Assembly: GCA_024679065.1 (NCBI GenBank)
Contig: JAGIQG010000004.1
Location: 31,620,001 to 31,684,000, forward strand
DNA length: 64,000 nt
Direction: 5' to 3'
Source: Sphyrna mokarran
Lineage: Eukaryota
Position 1 is the stretch's first letter; every line of letters starts with the position of its first letter. The notes under the pieces are model-generated. The model had not been told where the DNA came from. It saw only the letters and a list, made by a program, of their open reading frames with translations, and made no database searches. Made by a program: the position numbers and the translations under genes. Positions 1-11,979 of this stretch are shown here, one piece after another.

Positions 1-1104
1 TCAATAATCCAAACTCCTTAAAGTATTAATAACCAAAACCACAAGCTCCCGAAACAATTTAACCTTGTGTAAATAAACATTGTGAAATTGACAGCATACA
101 TTAGAGAGCAGAAGCTGATGATCAAGCATCATTTAACCTGGGATGCAGATGTTTCAACAAAAATAATGGATGCCATGAGATTTTGCTAAGAGTCCAGACA
201 TCTATTTGTTGAGACACCTATATAACAAATGGACATGAAAGTATGATATCATGGCATAGGGGCATGAATTCCACAGGGAATAGGTGGACTGTCATAGCTT
301 AGTATGGGACATGAGAGATTATGGGAGTCAGTGGGAGGCATACTCCGGAATTGAGGCATGGATGGGGCCTGGGGAGCATGTTAGAGGAGACGGGCTACAG
401 GGGTGTGAGTAGAAGGGTCTTTGTGCGTTAATTGAAATTGGAACAAAGTTGCACAGCACTGGGGTAGATCTTTGAAACAGCCTGCCTTGACTGCTGGCAG
501 CCCCTGTGGTTACCTCTGCACATCTTCATGGGTTGGCTGTCCCAGCTCCATCCTTTATCCCCTGAAATGAAGAGCCCATTCTTACAAGTGCTTTCTACCG
601 AGGTGGGCAGGCTGAGTAAAAATGTTCCTGCGTCCCCTACCCACCTTTAAAATATCAATAATGGAAACAGCAAGTCCTTGAAACACTTAACCTTGTATGA
701 ACAAACATTGTGAAATTGACAGCAAAGATTAGAGGGTCTGAGCTGTCAATAATATAACATTTTCTTTGGGGTACAACTGGTTTGACCATAGTAATGGATA
801 ACTGAACTCTCAGCCAGGTATACATAATGAAGCTTGGCTGAGACTCTAGATTGCCTTTGGATATAAAACACAATCCATTAACAAGTATTAACAGTTTTGA
901 GATTGAAATACTTTGATTGTATTTTGTTTTTCTAATAATTCTGCCATAATTTGGTGAAAAGTTAATTTGTTCAATTTATATGGTGAACCATTGCAATAAG
1001 CAGTGGTGTGATCAGGTCATAGAAACCTTTCAACATGATTTCTAGAGACACACCTTTAGATTTCTTCTGAGCTTACTACCACACACTAAATATAGGGAGT
1101 TCAC

Positions 1105-1627
1105 AACAAAGAACAAAGAACAAAACAGCATGGGAAACAGGCCCTTCGGCCCAACAAGCCCGCACCGCCACCTCAATGTTCCCACTTCTACATGCGATCC
1201 CTGTCCATGTTTATAGATCTATGGATTAAAAACCAAATTTGAGACAATTTAGGGAGAATTTGTTTTGCCAATTAGCCTAAGAGCACATCTTTGGGATGTG
1301 GGAGGAACCGGAGCTCCCGGAGAAAACCCACGCAAGCACGGGGAGAATGCGCAAACTCCCACAGACACAGGCCCAAATCCATGTATCTGCACAGCACAGC
1401 GATAGTCACTGAGCTGTCGTGTTGCACATCAGATGGTCCAGGTCAAGCATACACTAACGATGTGAAGCAGTAGGATACTCTCGAAGAAGATCCAAGAGCA
1501 GTCCTCTCACGACCCATCGCGTGTATGCCCCTCATTAGACAACAAGGTGGACCAAAGCACCTGTAGGATAAAAACAAGTACATCATCTATTTACACACTT
1601 CCCAGGGACTCCCAAGGCTCATGATCC
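1105..1627 (-). other. CR1 3' UTR containing an embedded V-SINE-derived module (remodelled tRNA head, V-domain, CR1 tail)
   Basis: 1250-1370 matches the central core of the free HE1-type SINEs in this window. The same arrangement lies directly downstream of the ORF2 stop at 29047-29507 and in the copy at 7762-8235. Confidence 0.88.
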
Positions 1628-4430
1628 CTATTTTAAATCAGTTTTCTATAACCCTCCATTCCCATTCTGTTCATGTGCCCATCTAAGTATTTCTTAAATA
1701 ACTCCAGAGTACCTGCCTCCACCACTTTACTTGGCAGCGCATTCCATACCCCACCACCCTCTGTGTGAAAAAACTCCCTCTAGCATCCAAATTATACCTT
1801 ACCCCCCCTCACCCTAAGCCCGTGACCCCTCGTGCTATTTGAGTCCATCCCAGGAAAAAGCTTAGCCCTGTTTACTCTATCTATCCCCTTCAAAATCTTG
1901 TACACCTCTATCAGATCTCCTCTAAGTCTACGTCTTTCTAAGGAAAACAGTCCCAATTTGCCTAATCTCTCCTCGTAACTCAGATCTTCCATACCAGGCA
2001 ACATCCTGGTAAACCTCCTCTGCAGTCTTTCCAGAGTCTTCACGTCCTTCTGGTAGTAAGGCGACCAGATCTGGACACAGTATTCCAAATGAGGTCTAAC
2101 CAGCGTTTTATACAACTGCAACATTAAAGGCCAGCTCTTGTACTCTATACCCATTCCTATAAAGGCTAGCATACTATATGCTTTCTTCACAACCTTCTCC
2201 ACTTGCTCTGCCACCTTCAGAGACTTGTTCACCTGCACCCCCAGTTCCCTCTGCGTTTCTATACTCCTAATAGGTCTACCCTTTATCATATACCTCCCCC
2301 CTACATTTTTTCTCCCGAAATGCATCACCTCACATTTATCAGGATTGAATTCCATCTGCCATCTGTCTGCCCAAGCTACCAGCCTATCTATGTCCTGCTG
2401 CATCGCCTGACAATGCTCCTCACTATCCACAAGTCCAGCCATCTTTGTATTGTCTGCAAACTTGCTGATCACTCCACTTACTCCCTCTTCCAAGTCATTT
2501 ATATATATTACAAATAGAAGAGGTCCCAGTACCGAGCCCTGCAGCACTAGTGACCGACCTCCAGCTAGAGAAACACCCTTCCACTATTACTGTCTGTCTC
2601 CTATTACCAAGCCAGTTGCTTATCCATCTCGCTACCTGTCCTCGTATCCCATTTGCCTTGACCTTCTCGACTAACTTCCCATGAGAGACTTTGTCAAACG
2701 CCTTACTAAAATCCATATAGACAACATCAACAGCTCGCCCTTCGTCCACCGTTTTCGTCACCTCCTCAAAAAATTCTACCAGATTTGTAAGGCACGACCT
2801 CCCCTTAACAAATCCATGCTGCGTATCCCTAATCAGATTGCAACACTCTAAGTGCCTATACATCCTATCTCTAAGAATCCCCTCCAACAGCTTCCCTACC
2901 AATGACGTCAAACTCACCGGCCTATAATTTCCAGGGTTATCCCTACTACCCTTTTTAAACAACGGTACAACATTAGCTATTCTCCAGTCCTCTAAGACCT
3001 CACCTGTGTCCAAGGAAGAGACAAAGATTTGCATCAGAGGCCCAGCAATTTCACCTCGCACCTCTCTAAGCAGTCTGGGATAAATGCCATCAGGCCCTGG
3101 AGATTTATCAGTTTTAATGCTACCTAGAAGCTCTAACACTTCCTCCCTCAGTATGGATATTTCCCTCAACTGGTCCACAGCTCCCTCAGAGACAGGAGCT
3201 GTCAACAAGCCCCTCTCCTTCGTGAATACCGACGCAAAGTATTCATTCAGGATCTCCGCCATTCCCTCGGGCTCTAAGCACAGTTCCCCTCCTCTGTCCC
3301 TAAGAGGTCCGATTTTTCCTCTAACCACCCTTTTATTCCTAACATAGGAGTAAAAAGCCTTTGGGTTTTCCTTAATCCTATCCGCCAAAATCATTTCATG
3401 CCCCCTTTTTGCCCTTCTAACTCCCTGTTTGAGATCCCTCCTACTCTCTCTATATTCCTTCAATGCTGTCTCGGTTTCCAGCTGCTTTGACCTATCATAC
3501 ACTTCTCTTTTCTTCCTAACCAAGTCCTCAATATCCCTAGTAATCCACGGCTCTCTAATTCTACCTTTCCCATCTTTCCTCTTGGCTGGCACGTACTTAT
3601 CTTGCAACATTTTCAGTATTCCCTTGAAAGAGTCCCACGTGCCTAGTGTGGACTTACCCTCAAACAACCATTCCCAATCAATTTCCCTAAGTTCCTGCCT
3701 AATTCGACTGTAGTTAGCCTTCCCCCAATTCAGCACCCTGCCCCTAGGGCAACAAGCATCCTTTTCCATCTGTATCCTAAAGTAGACAGAATTGTGGTCA
3801 CTGTTAGCCACATGTTCCCCCACTACAACATCAACCACCTGCCCTGGCTCATTACTCAGAACTAAATCCAATATAGCCCCTTCTCTAGTCGGGCTAGCCA
3901 CATACTGTTCCAACGATCCTTCCAGTACACATTTTACAAATTCCTGCCCATCCAAACCCCCAGCTCTAAGTACTTTCCAATCCACCCTAGGGAGATTAAA
4001 ATCTCCCACTATAACGACTCTGTTCTTTCTGCACCTATCCAAAATGTCTTTACATATGCCTTCTTCAACTGCCCGTGGGCTGTTGGGTGGCCTATAATAC
4101 ACCCCTAGCATTGTTATTGCCCCCTTTCTATTCCTCAACTCCACCCACAGTGACTTCACTCCTAACTCCTCTGTATTGTCCTCCCTCTGCACTGCCGTGA
4201 TACTCTCCTTAACTAACAACGCCACTCCCCCACCTCTTCTGGACCTTCCTCTGTCACGCCTGAAACACTTATACCCAGGAATGTTCAGTTGCCACTGCTC
4301 CCCTTCCTTTAACCACGTCTCTGTCACTTCAACCACATCCAAGTTCCTCGCAAACATTAAGGCCCTAAGTTCATCCGTTTTTCCCATTACTCCTCCTCGC
4401 ATTGAAACAGACACACTCCAGATCTCCAAG
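1628..4430 (-). pseudogene. CR1 ORF2 (APE endonuclease plus reverse transcriptase), frameshifted
   Basis: Motifs TETWL, YYRPP, GDFN, SDH, KSPGPDG, NYRPVSL, QHGF, DFSKAFD, QGSVLGP, FADN (FADD expected) and RPHLEYC. Frameshifts lie near 4395 (CFNAR/GVMGKTDEL), 2545 and 1800; the natural stop is at about 1628. Confidence 0.95.
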
Positions 4431-4540
4431 ACCACTCGGAACCTCCTTCTCCCTGGTGCATCTCTTCTCATCCAAGCTTACTCTATCTCCCATCTCGCTC
4501 TCTACCGAGAGATTGGTCTCATCCCCTCCCCCCCTCCATA

Positions 4541-5485
4541 TTAGTTTAAATCCTGCCGAAACATTCCAGCTAACCTCCCAGCTAAGATATCCACACCCTT
4601 CCCATTCAAGTGTTTCCCATCCCTTCTGAACAGGTGCCCTTCTTTTACAAAGACTTCCCAGTTATCCACAAATATGAAACCCTCTGCCCTACACCAGTCC
4701 TTCAGCCACACATTCAGCTGTAGGATCTCATTTCTCCTGGCCCCGCTATTACCCGCACCTGGAAGCAGCCCTGAGATCGTCACCCTCGAGGCCCTGTTCT
4801 TCAGCCTGCCCCCCAACTCCCTGAACTGCCTTCTTATATCTTCCCTGCTCTTCCTTCCTACATCCTTCTCTCCTATGTGAATAATCACATCCGCCTTGGC
4901 CCCCTCACCCTTCAAAATGCCCTCTACCCTGTCTGACACATCTTGCACCCCTACTCCAGGGAGGCAAACTACCATCCTGGAATCCCGCCTTGGACCACAG
5001 AAGCGCCTATCTATTCCTTTAACTCTCCCATCCCCCACCACTATCTCCCTTCTAGCCCCTTTCCTCCCCTTTGAGGTACTCTGGTCCTTGAGCCTTGCCT
5101 TTTTTAACCCTCTGCCCTCGACATTTTGGGGGCTGCCACTGGGGAAGTCTTTGGACTGTCTCCCCTCTCCTTTTTCCCCTTCCTGACAGTAATCCACCTG
5201 TAAGGGTCAGGTTTCCCCCCCTTAGGCTCCGGGTCTGCTACCTTACTTTGCCTCCCTTCCAATGATTGCCTCGTTCTCCCTGACTAAAAATGCATCTTCC
5301 AATTGGCGCTCTAGTTGCTTGACCCGAGCCCTCAGATGCTGCAGCTCCAAACACTTGGCGCATACATGGACTTTCTGGAGAGGTCTCACCTCCAGGAACT
5401 CCCACATGTGACACCGTACACAGGTGAGGCGTCTTCTCTTAATCCCTGCCATTGTCATGGACACCTTTGGAGGTGTGAATTCCAA
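4541..5485 (-). pseudogene. CR1 ORF1 (CxxC...CxxC zinc finger, coiled coil, SGNH/GDSL esterase-like domain), frameshifted
   Basis: ORF 5243..5485 has CVRC...CAKC followed by LELQHLRARVKQLERQLE. ORF 4541..5197 has VVGDGRVKGIDRRFCG, CLPG, IHIGEKD and FRRDGKHLNGKG, matching the esterase blocks of vertebrate CR1 ORF1. The two pieces are in different frames. Confidence 0.9.
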
Positions 5486-6109
5486 TGGAAAACCAGTAGC
5501 ACACTGTGTCTAAGCCTGCTCTAGCCCAAGTCCTGGGAGCCAAAGCCCTTGTATCTCTCACTCTGCCTCCTTATTCACCCCGCTGCCCGCTCCCGACGCT
5601 GCCCGCTGTTTACTGCCACTTTCTCTTTATACTCCCCGGTTCCCTTCCCAGCTAGCCCCAGGCCTAACTACAGCAGCAAAAAGCACTCAAAAAAAGAGAG
5701 AGAAAAAAAAGCAAATTGAAAAATTCACTCAGCCACCAGCACTTCCAAACACTCTGTCCCAGAGAACAACATCAACATATTGATCCTAAATTCCCCAAGA
5801 TTTACAGAGCATGAATGTATCAGCCTACTGTAACACAAGGGAAAACTGGATGATATGTCTGACTTCCAGATTATCAACAATTGGGTGCAAAAATATCTGA
5901 AAAACATGGATGTTATCATCTAAGGATAATATGTGTTCATATTAGGCTTGCAAGCCTTCATGTGAGGCTACAGAGGAATTATAAAAGGAAATCAGGATTA
6001 TAGAGAAGAAGAAATGCTTTTGCTCATGGGGCTTTATTTGAAGATGCCTGCCACTGATGGCCACTTGGTCTTTTTGGGAAAAGCCCTTATTCTAGGAGGC
6101 TGAAGATGC

Positions 6110-6660
6110 CTGCCTCAACCTGCCATTCTATGTGATATCCGGATATGACAGAAGGCACTGGATGCTGCAAATACTGCAAAGATCTGCTCTTCCAAACTTG
6201 CCACACCCCTTGACAAGCTGTTCCACTACAGCTATAACACTGGAGTCAAACCGGCAAGGTGGAAAATTTCCCAGGTGTGTTCTGTACACAACAAGCAGGA
6301 CAAATACACTGTGGTCAAAGTATACACTATCTACAAGATGCACTGCAGACACTCATCAACTCTCCTTAGGCAGCATCTTGCAAATCCATGACTGCTACCA
6401 TCTAGAAGGTCAAAAGCAGCAGATACATGGGAACATCACCACCTGGAAGTTCCCCTCCAAGCCACTCATCTTGACTTGGAAATACATTGTTGTTTCTTCA
6501 TTGTAACTGGGTCAAAATCCTGGAATTCCCTCCCTAAAAGCACTATGGGTGTACCTATACCACAGGGACTGCTGTTGTTCAAGAAGGCACTGCATTCACA
6601 TGGGTAATTAGGGATGGACAATAAATACTAGCCTTGATGCCCACATCTCTTAAATTAAAA
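6110..6660 (+). mobile_element. Old LINE fragment (CR1/L2 group), 3' end, internally deleted
   Basis: The 3' end (GGGTCAAAATCCTGGAA...AAGAAGGCA...AATTAGGGATGGACAATAAAT) is shared with the tails of the tRNA-type SINEs at 13745 and 17660 and with antisense copies at 20520-21420 and 58210-58700. Confidence 0.7.
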
Positions 6661-6779
6661 ATAAAATATACACATAGATACACTTATATATCTTTGCAGT
6701 GGAAAGACTTTACAGTGACAATTTAAATTTACAGTGTTTAAAATACTAAACTGCCTATTCCTTTTGAAATAAAGAAGAA

Positions 6780-7760
6780 TTTAAGTCAATACATTCAGTT
6801 TCTTTATGGAAGAAGTTAGTGAAACATGACTTGCCTTTAACAAGCATGATGACTTCCATTTATTCTTATACCTTTCCAAATGGTAATTAATTTTGTTCCA
6901 GAGTATTGCCTTTAAAAGATTCCTCAGTACTGACATTACGTTGACTGTTTTTGTTTCTTTAATCTTTTTAAATAATGTAAAATTTACAATCTACCAGTCC
7001 TCTGGCATCAGTTCTAAGGTGAGTTGAAATATTGTGTCTAGGATCTCTTCAATTTACGCCACCACTTTCCTCAGAAATCTAGAATGGTTCCTGCTTGGAC
7101 TAGGTGACTTTTCTACTTTGAGGACTGCCAACATTTTAATTGCCTCATCTTTATCTATTTTTATCCTGTCTATTATTATTACTGCCACTTCTATTACTGC
7201 TATATTGGCAACATCCTATTCTCTGAGAAGACAGATGCAAAGGTCTAGTTTCGTACCTTAACCATATATCTCTGACTCCGTAAGATGGTTTCATATGAAC
7301 ATACAGGTTAGGAGCAGAAGCAGGCTACTTGGCCCTTCAAGCCTCCTCCATCTTTCAATAAGATCAGGATTGATCTACAATAACCTAAGCTTCACATTAC
7401 TGTTTACAACCGGTTAACTTTAATCTCAGTGTTAATCAACAATAATCTAACCTTGCCTTAAAAATATTCAAAGATTCTGCTTCTACCATCTTTGAGGAAC
7501 AGATTTCCAAAGGCTCAGTGCTCTCTGTGAGAAAATATGTTCTCTGTATCTCTATCTTAAATGGGTGACCCCTCCTTTTAAACAGTGACCCCTAGTTCTA
7601 GCTCATTCCTAAAATTAGTTTAATAAACCACCTCTGAACTGCTTCTAATGCATTCACATCTTTCCTTAAACAGGGAGACCATTACAGTATACAATACTCC
7701 AGAAGGGACCTTTCAGTGCCTGGACAGCTGAAGCATATCCATCCCACTTTTGTAATCATC
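6780..7760 (-). mobile_element. Old degenerate CR1 fragments
   Basis: Decayed RT-region sequence, and a CR1 tail start (CATATGAACATAC...GGAGCAGAAGCAGGC) at about 7292 that resembles the tail at 14961. Confidence 0.7.
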
Positions 7761-7761
7761 A

Positions 7762-8235
7762 GTACTTGTTTTTATCCTATAGGTGCCTAGGTCCACCTTG
7801 TTGTCTAACGAGGGGCATACACGCGATGGGTCGTGAGAGGGCTGCTCTTGGATTTTTTTTTTCAAGAGTATCCTGTGCTTCACATTGTTAGTGTATGCTT
7901 GACCTGGACCATTTGATGGGCAACACGACAGCTCAGTGACTATCGCTGTGCTATGCAGATACATGGATTTGGGCCTGTGTCTGTCGGAGTTTGTGCATTC
8001 TCCCAGTGCTTGCGTGGGTTTTCTCCAGGTGCTCCGGTTTCCTCCCACATCCCAAAGATGTGCTCTTAGGCTAATTGGCAAAACAAATTCTCCCTAAATT
8101 GTCTCAAATTTGGTTTTTAATCCATAGATCTATAAACATAGACAAGGATCACGGGTAGAGGTGGGAGCATCGGGGTGGCGGCTTGGGCTCGTTGGGCCAA
8201 AGGGCCTGTTTCCCGTGCTGTTTTGTTCTTTGTTC
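7762..8235 (+). mobile_element. 5'-truncated CR1 copy consisting only of the V-SINE-containing 3' UTR
   Basis: Reverse complement of 1105-1581 with high identity, ending in the (TTCTTTG)n tail. Confidence 0.93.
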
Positions 8236-8289
8236 AATACCCTCACAGTAGCTAGCTATAGAAAATTGATGTCAAGAAATAAGTCAATA

Positions 8290-9480
8290 GAGATGCAGTG
8301 GCAGACATCCAATAAAATTCAGTAAGCGATAATGTTTTATTAGCTTTTCTAATTACTTGCTATTTTCCAATCCAATGGAACCGACCCCAAATTTCAGGAA
8401 TTTGGGAAAATTAAAACCAGTGCATAACTATTATTAGCCACTTTGTCAAAACTCTGGGATGAATTCTTTTCATACCTGGAGACTTGTTACCCCATAGCTC
8501 CAACAATTTGCTCAATACCACTTCTACAGTGACTGTATTTTTTCTGAGGTCTTCCATCCTTTCCATTTCCTGGATTACAGCTATTTCTGGCATATTACTT
8601 GTACCCTGTATAATGAAGACTGGAGCAAAATGCCTGTTTAATTCAGCTCCTTACTTTCTGTTATCCATTCTTCAAACATACTTTCTACAGGACCAAAGAT
8701 CACTTGTTAACTCTTTTCTCATTCAAATTGCTATGGGAACTTTAACTATCCACCTTTAGATTTCTAGGTAACTTCCTCTTGTATTCTAATTCCTCCCCTC
8801 CCACCCCTCCCTCCCCTTTTATTAACCTTTTTGTTTCTTTGCTGTTTTTTATATTCTGTCTAATCTTCTAACCTATCACCTGCCATTAAGCAATTATTTA
8901 ATTTTGATACTGTCTTTTTTATGGGCGCACATTGGCACTGTGGTTAACATTGCTACCTCACAGTGCCAGGGACCCTGGTTTGATTTCCAGCCTCAGGTCA
9001 CTGTCTGTGTGGAGTTGTATGTTCTCCCTGTGTCTGTGTGAGTTTCCTTTGGGTGCTCCGATTTCTTCCCATAGTCCACAGATGTGTGAGCTAGGTGAAT
9101 TGGCCATTCTAAATTGCCACTTGGTATCATGGGGACTTGCCAGGGAAATGCATGGGTGGGATTGTGGTCAATGGGCCAAATGGCCTCCTCTTGCACTGTA
9201 TGATTTTATAATTCTAGTTAACCAGGCATGGTGGACCCTTCCCTTGGAATTTTTCTTTCTCATTGGAATGTATCTGTCCTGTATATTCTGAAATATTCAA
9301 TCAAATAACTGCCACTGTATCTCTATTAATCGATTCCTTAACCTCAGTTTTTATAGATAGCTCTGTTTTTATGCCCTCAAAATTGCCCTTATTTAAGTTT
9401 AAAATACTAGTCTTGGACCCACTCTTTTCTCCCTCAAACTGAATATAAAATTCAATATTATGATCGCTGCTACCTGTAAC
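8290..9480 (-). mobile_element. Old CR1 ORF2 fragment interrupted by a SINE
   Basis: ORF 8411..8593 (-) contains NKSPGMKRIHPRVL, a decayed KSPGPDGIHPRVL. Confidence 0.75.
8922..9215 (+). mobile_element. HE1-type V-SINE with CR1-derived tail
   Basis: tRNA-like head with A box (TGGCACTGTGG) and B-box-like GGTTTGATTTCC, V-domain (GGAGTTGTATGTTCTCCC...GGGTGCTCCG), and tail GGGCCAAATGGCCTCC...TATGATT. Confidence 0.88.
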
Positions 9481-9719
9481 ATCGCCAGAGATTTCACTAT
9501 TTTCTGTTCCTAATTTAGCAATTAAAAATTTATATACATTGGAGAGAATGAATTTTTTAAAAATTTGATAGAGATTTTGAGATCAAATTAACTCATTTGG
9601 CTTTGCCATAAATATACATTTTTTATGCTTTGTTTTAAATAGGTGGATCATGAATCACAGAAATAAAAATAATTCAAGCACTAAAAATTCACTTAAAAAC
9701 AACTTGAGTTGCTTTGTCA

Positions 9720-11620
9720 CTTTAAGAAGCTGGAGGTGGGTCATGAAGAACATGCTCCATGGGTTATCCGTTGTGGTGGTATAGTTGGATGATGCTCTGG
9801 TCAAATGGAGTTTGGAACGAAAGCACTTGGCCAACTTAGAAGAGGTCTTGTGGAGATCTTCAAGTGTTTGCATATGCCTGAGGAGGGAAAAATGTATTTT
9901 TCAAACAAATGAAGTGATCCGTCTAGGATATCAGGCAGATGGCAAAGGTTTACATCCAGCAGATGGCAAGATAAAGAGTATCAAGGAAGCATAAACTCTG
10001 GGAAATACCACAGAGTTAAAATCTTTTCTGCGAATAATAAATTATCATGGAAAAATTATTCTGAATTTGGCCTCCTTATTGACCACTTTGCATACCATAC
10101 TCCAGAAATAGTAAAGATGTTCTTGGGAAGCACCACAGTTGGAGGTTTTCAATGAAGTTAAACAACAACTACTATCATCCAACATATTGGTCTATTTTGA
10201 CTCCAGGAAGGAACTCGTTCTGACATGTGGTGCTTCCCCTTTATGGGGTTGAGGTAGTACATTCTCACTCCTGGAAAGTGGGAATGGAAAACTCTATCAC
10301 AGACACGTCCAGGCACCTTTCACTTGCTGAGCAAAGGTATCACAAATTGAGAAAGAGAGATTGGCAATTGTATTTGGTGTAAAGAAGTTTCATCAGTTCA
10401 TCTGCAGCAGACATTTCATAATAGTAACCAAAGAGAAACTATTGTTGGAACTTTTTAAAGATGATAAGGCTGTTCTCCCTATAGCTTCCACCCAGATACA
10501 GCATTGGGCCTTGCTATTTGCAGCTTATAAAAACCTTCTGGAAAACAACCCTGGAATTTGGATAGTTTTTGCTGATGCACTCAGTCATCTTCCACTGCCC
10601 ACAATACTTTACCAGGGGTTGTGATGATCCTAAATTTTAATGAGACTCTGCTGGCATCCACGAGGCAAATTGAGGCCCGGACACAAAAAGATCCAACTTT
10701 GTCTAAACAAAAACATATGATCCTGAATAGCACTTTCCAAGGACCACTTTCAAAGAAAATAAAACACTATCTGACTAAGAAAGACAGCTCAGTGTTGAGT
10801 AGGGTATCATTCTTTGTGGGTTCTAAGTAGCCGATCCTTGCTCAGGGTGGTGTCCGATACTTATGAGACTGCATAATATTAAAAATGAAAATGCTTATTA
10901 AGGGCTTTGTCTGCTAGCCTGTCCTCTCAATTCAGACATCATAGACTTGGTGAAGCAATTTGATTTATGCCAAGAGAATCAGGAACTCCCTCCCTCAGCC
11001 TCTCTACATCCATGAGAATAGGATTGTGTGTGGACTTTGCTGAGTCTTTTGTGAGTTTCATGTTTTTGATCCTGGTAGATGCATACTCCAAATCCTCCAC
11101 CACCCCTCCCACCATTGAGAAATTATGACCGTGTTTCTTCACGTGTAGAATTTCAGAAGTCCTGGTTTCCAACAACTGCATTACCTTCATCAGCAGTGAG
11201 TTCCAAAACAACATCAGAACTACATCCTGTCACCCATTGTCAAATGAATTTGCAGAATGGCTGGTGCAGACTTTTAAAAATAACATGGAGAAACAACCTC
11301 TAGCACCCAGAGAGACTAAATTGGCATGCTTGCTTTATGATCACAGGAATTGTCCCAGTGGGCATTCTTAATGAGATGGCAGCAACAGTGAAGACTGAGT
11401 GTACTTTTTCCAAACCTTGAGGAGTCCCAACACAAAAACCAAAAAAAAAATTATGAATTTGCACAGTCAGAAAGAGCATTCAGAAAAGGAGACCTGAGTC
11501 ACATGAGGAACTTTGGAAATGGTCCCATCTGGGTCCCTAGGATCAAAACGGGACCAATGTCTCACAATTAAAAGTTCAGAGAAAAGTTATGAGGAAACAT
11601 CTGGATCACCTTAGGGATGG
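9720..11620 (+). pseudogene. Decayed Gypsy/Ty3 pol (RT, RNase H, integrase)
   Basis: Fragments LDDALV...HLANLEEVL, LGYQADGKGLHP, EKERLAIVFGVKKFHQF, ADALSHLPLP and MFLILVDAYSK, broken by many stops and frameshifts. Confidence 0.88.
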
Positions 11621-11979
11621 GAGTCTGTCCCAGAATAGACCATCAGAAGTATGGAGGTGGACACCACCAGTATCAGGCAAAAACTTGAAGTCAACTCAGT
11701 GCCTGTCCCTTCAGATAATGAAAATGCAGACTCTGAGGTTGAAATGGTGGAAACTGATGTCTCCAGTAGAACCTGAGGAAGAATCTGACTCAGTGACTCT
11801 ATGATCCTTCTGGAAATGAAGATCTTCAATTTGGTTCACACCAGCAAATTCTGTGCCACCTTCAACCAACCACAGGCCAATCACCAAGCAGCAGAAAGGA
11901 CATTCTCACAGTGGGGTTCTGGAGAACAACATACTTAAATGAGAAGCACACAGAGGATCTCCCCATGATTTTTGCAGCG

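Larger units (their letters stand above)
1105..5700 (-). mobile_element. Near full-length CR1-clade (HER1-like) LINE, young but inactivated by frameshifts
   Basis: Minus-strand order is GC-rich 5' UTR, ORF1 (zinc finger/leucine zipper plus SGNH esterase), ORF2 (APE endonuclease plus RT), a roughly 520-bp 3' UTR and a (TTCTTTG)n tail at 1105-1126. The 5' boundary is approximate. Confidence 0.96.

Noticed and set aside
1430-1445. CUGAUG in the CR1 UTR as a hammerhead core
   Set aside because: It reads CUGAUGU, UUGAUGG and CUGAAGG in the three copies, with no matching GAAA arm.
1792-4471. An active, intact LINE or a domesticated RT gene
   Set aside because: At least three frameshifts and an FADD to FADN change in the RT active site.
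2138-5524. Plus-strand ORFs of 68-122 aa overlapping the CR1
   Set aside because: Antisense shadows of CR1 ORF1/ORF2 with no independent protein features.
8922-9000. tRNA genes at SINE heads
   Set aside because: A and B boxes are present but run straight into the V-domain with no complete cloverleaf; these are SINE heads.
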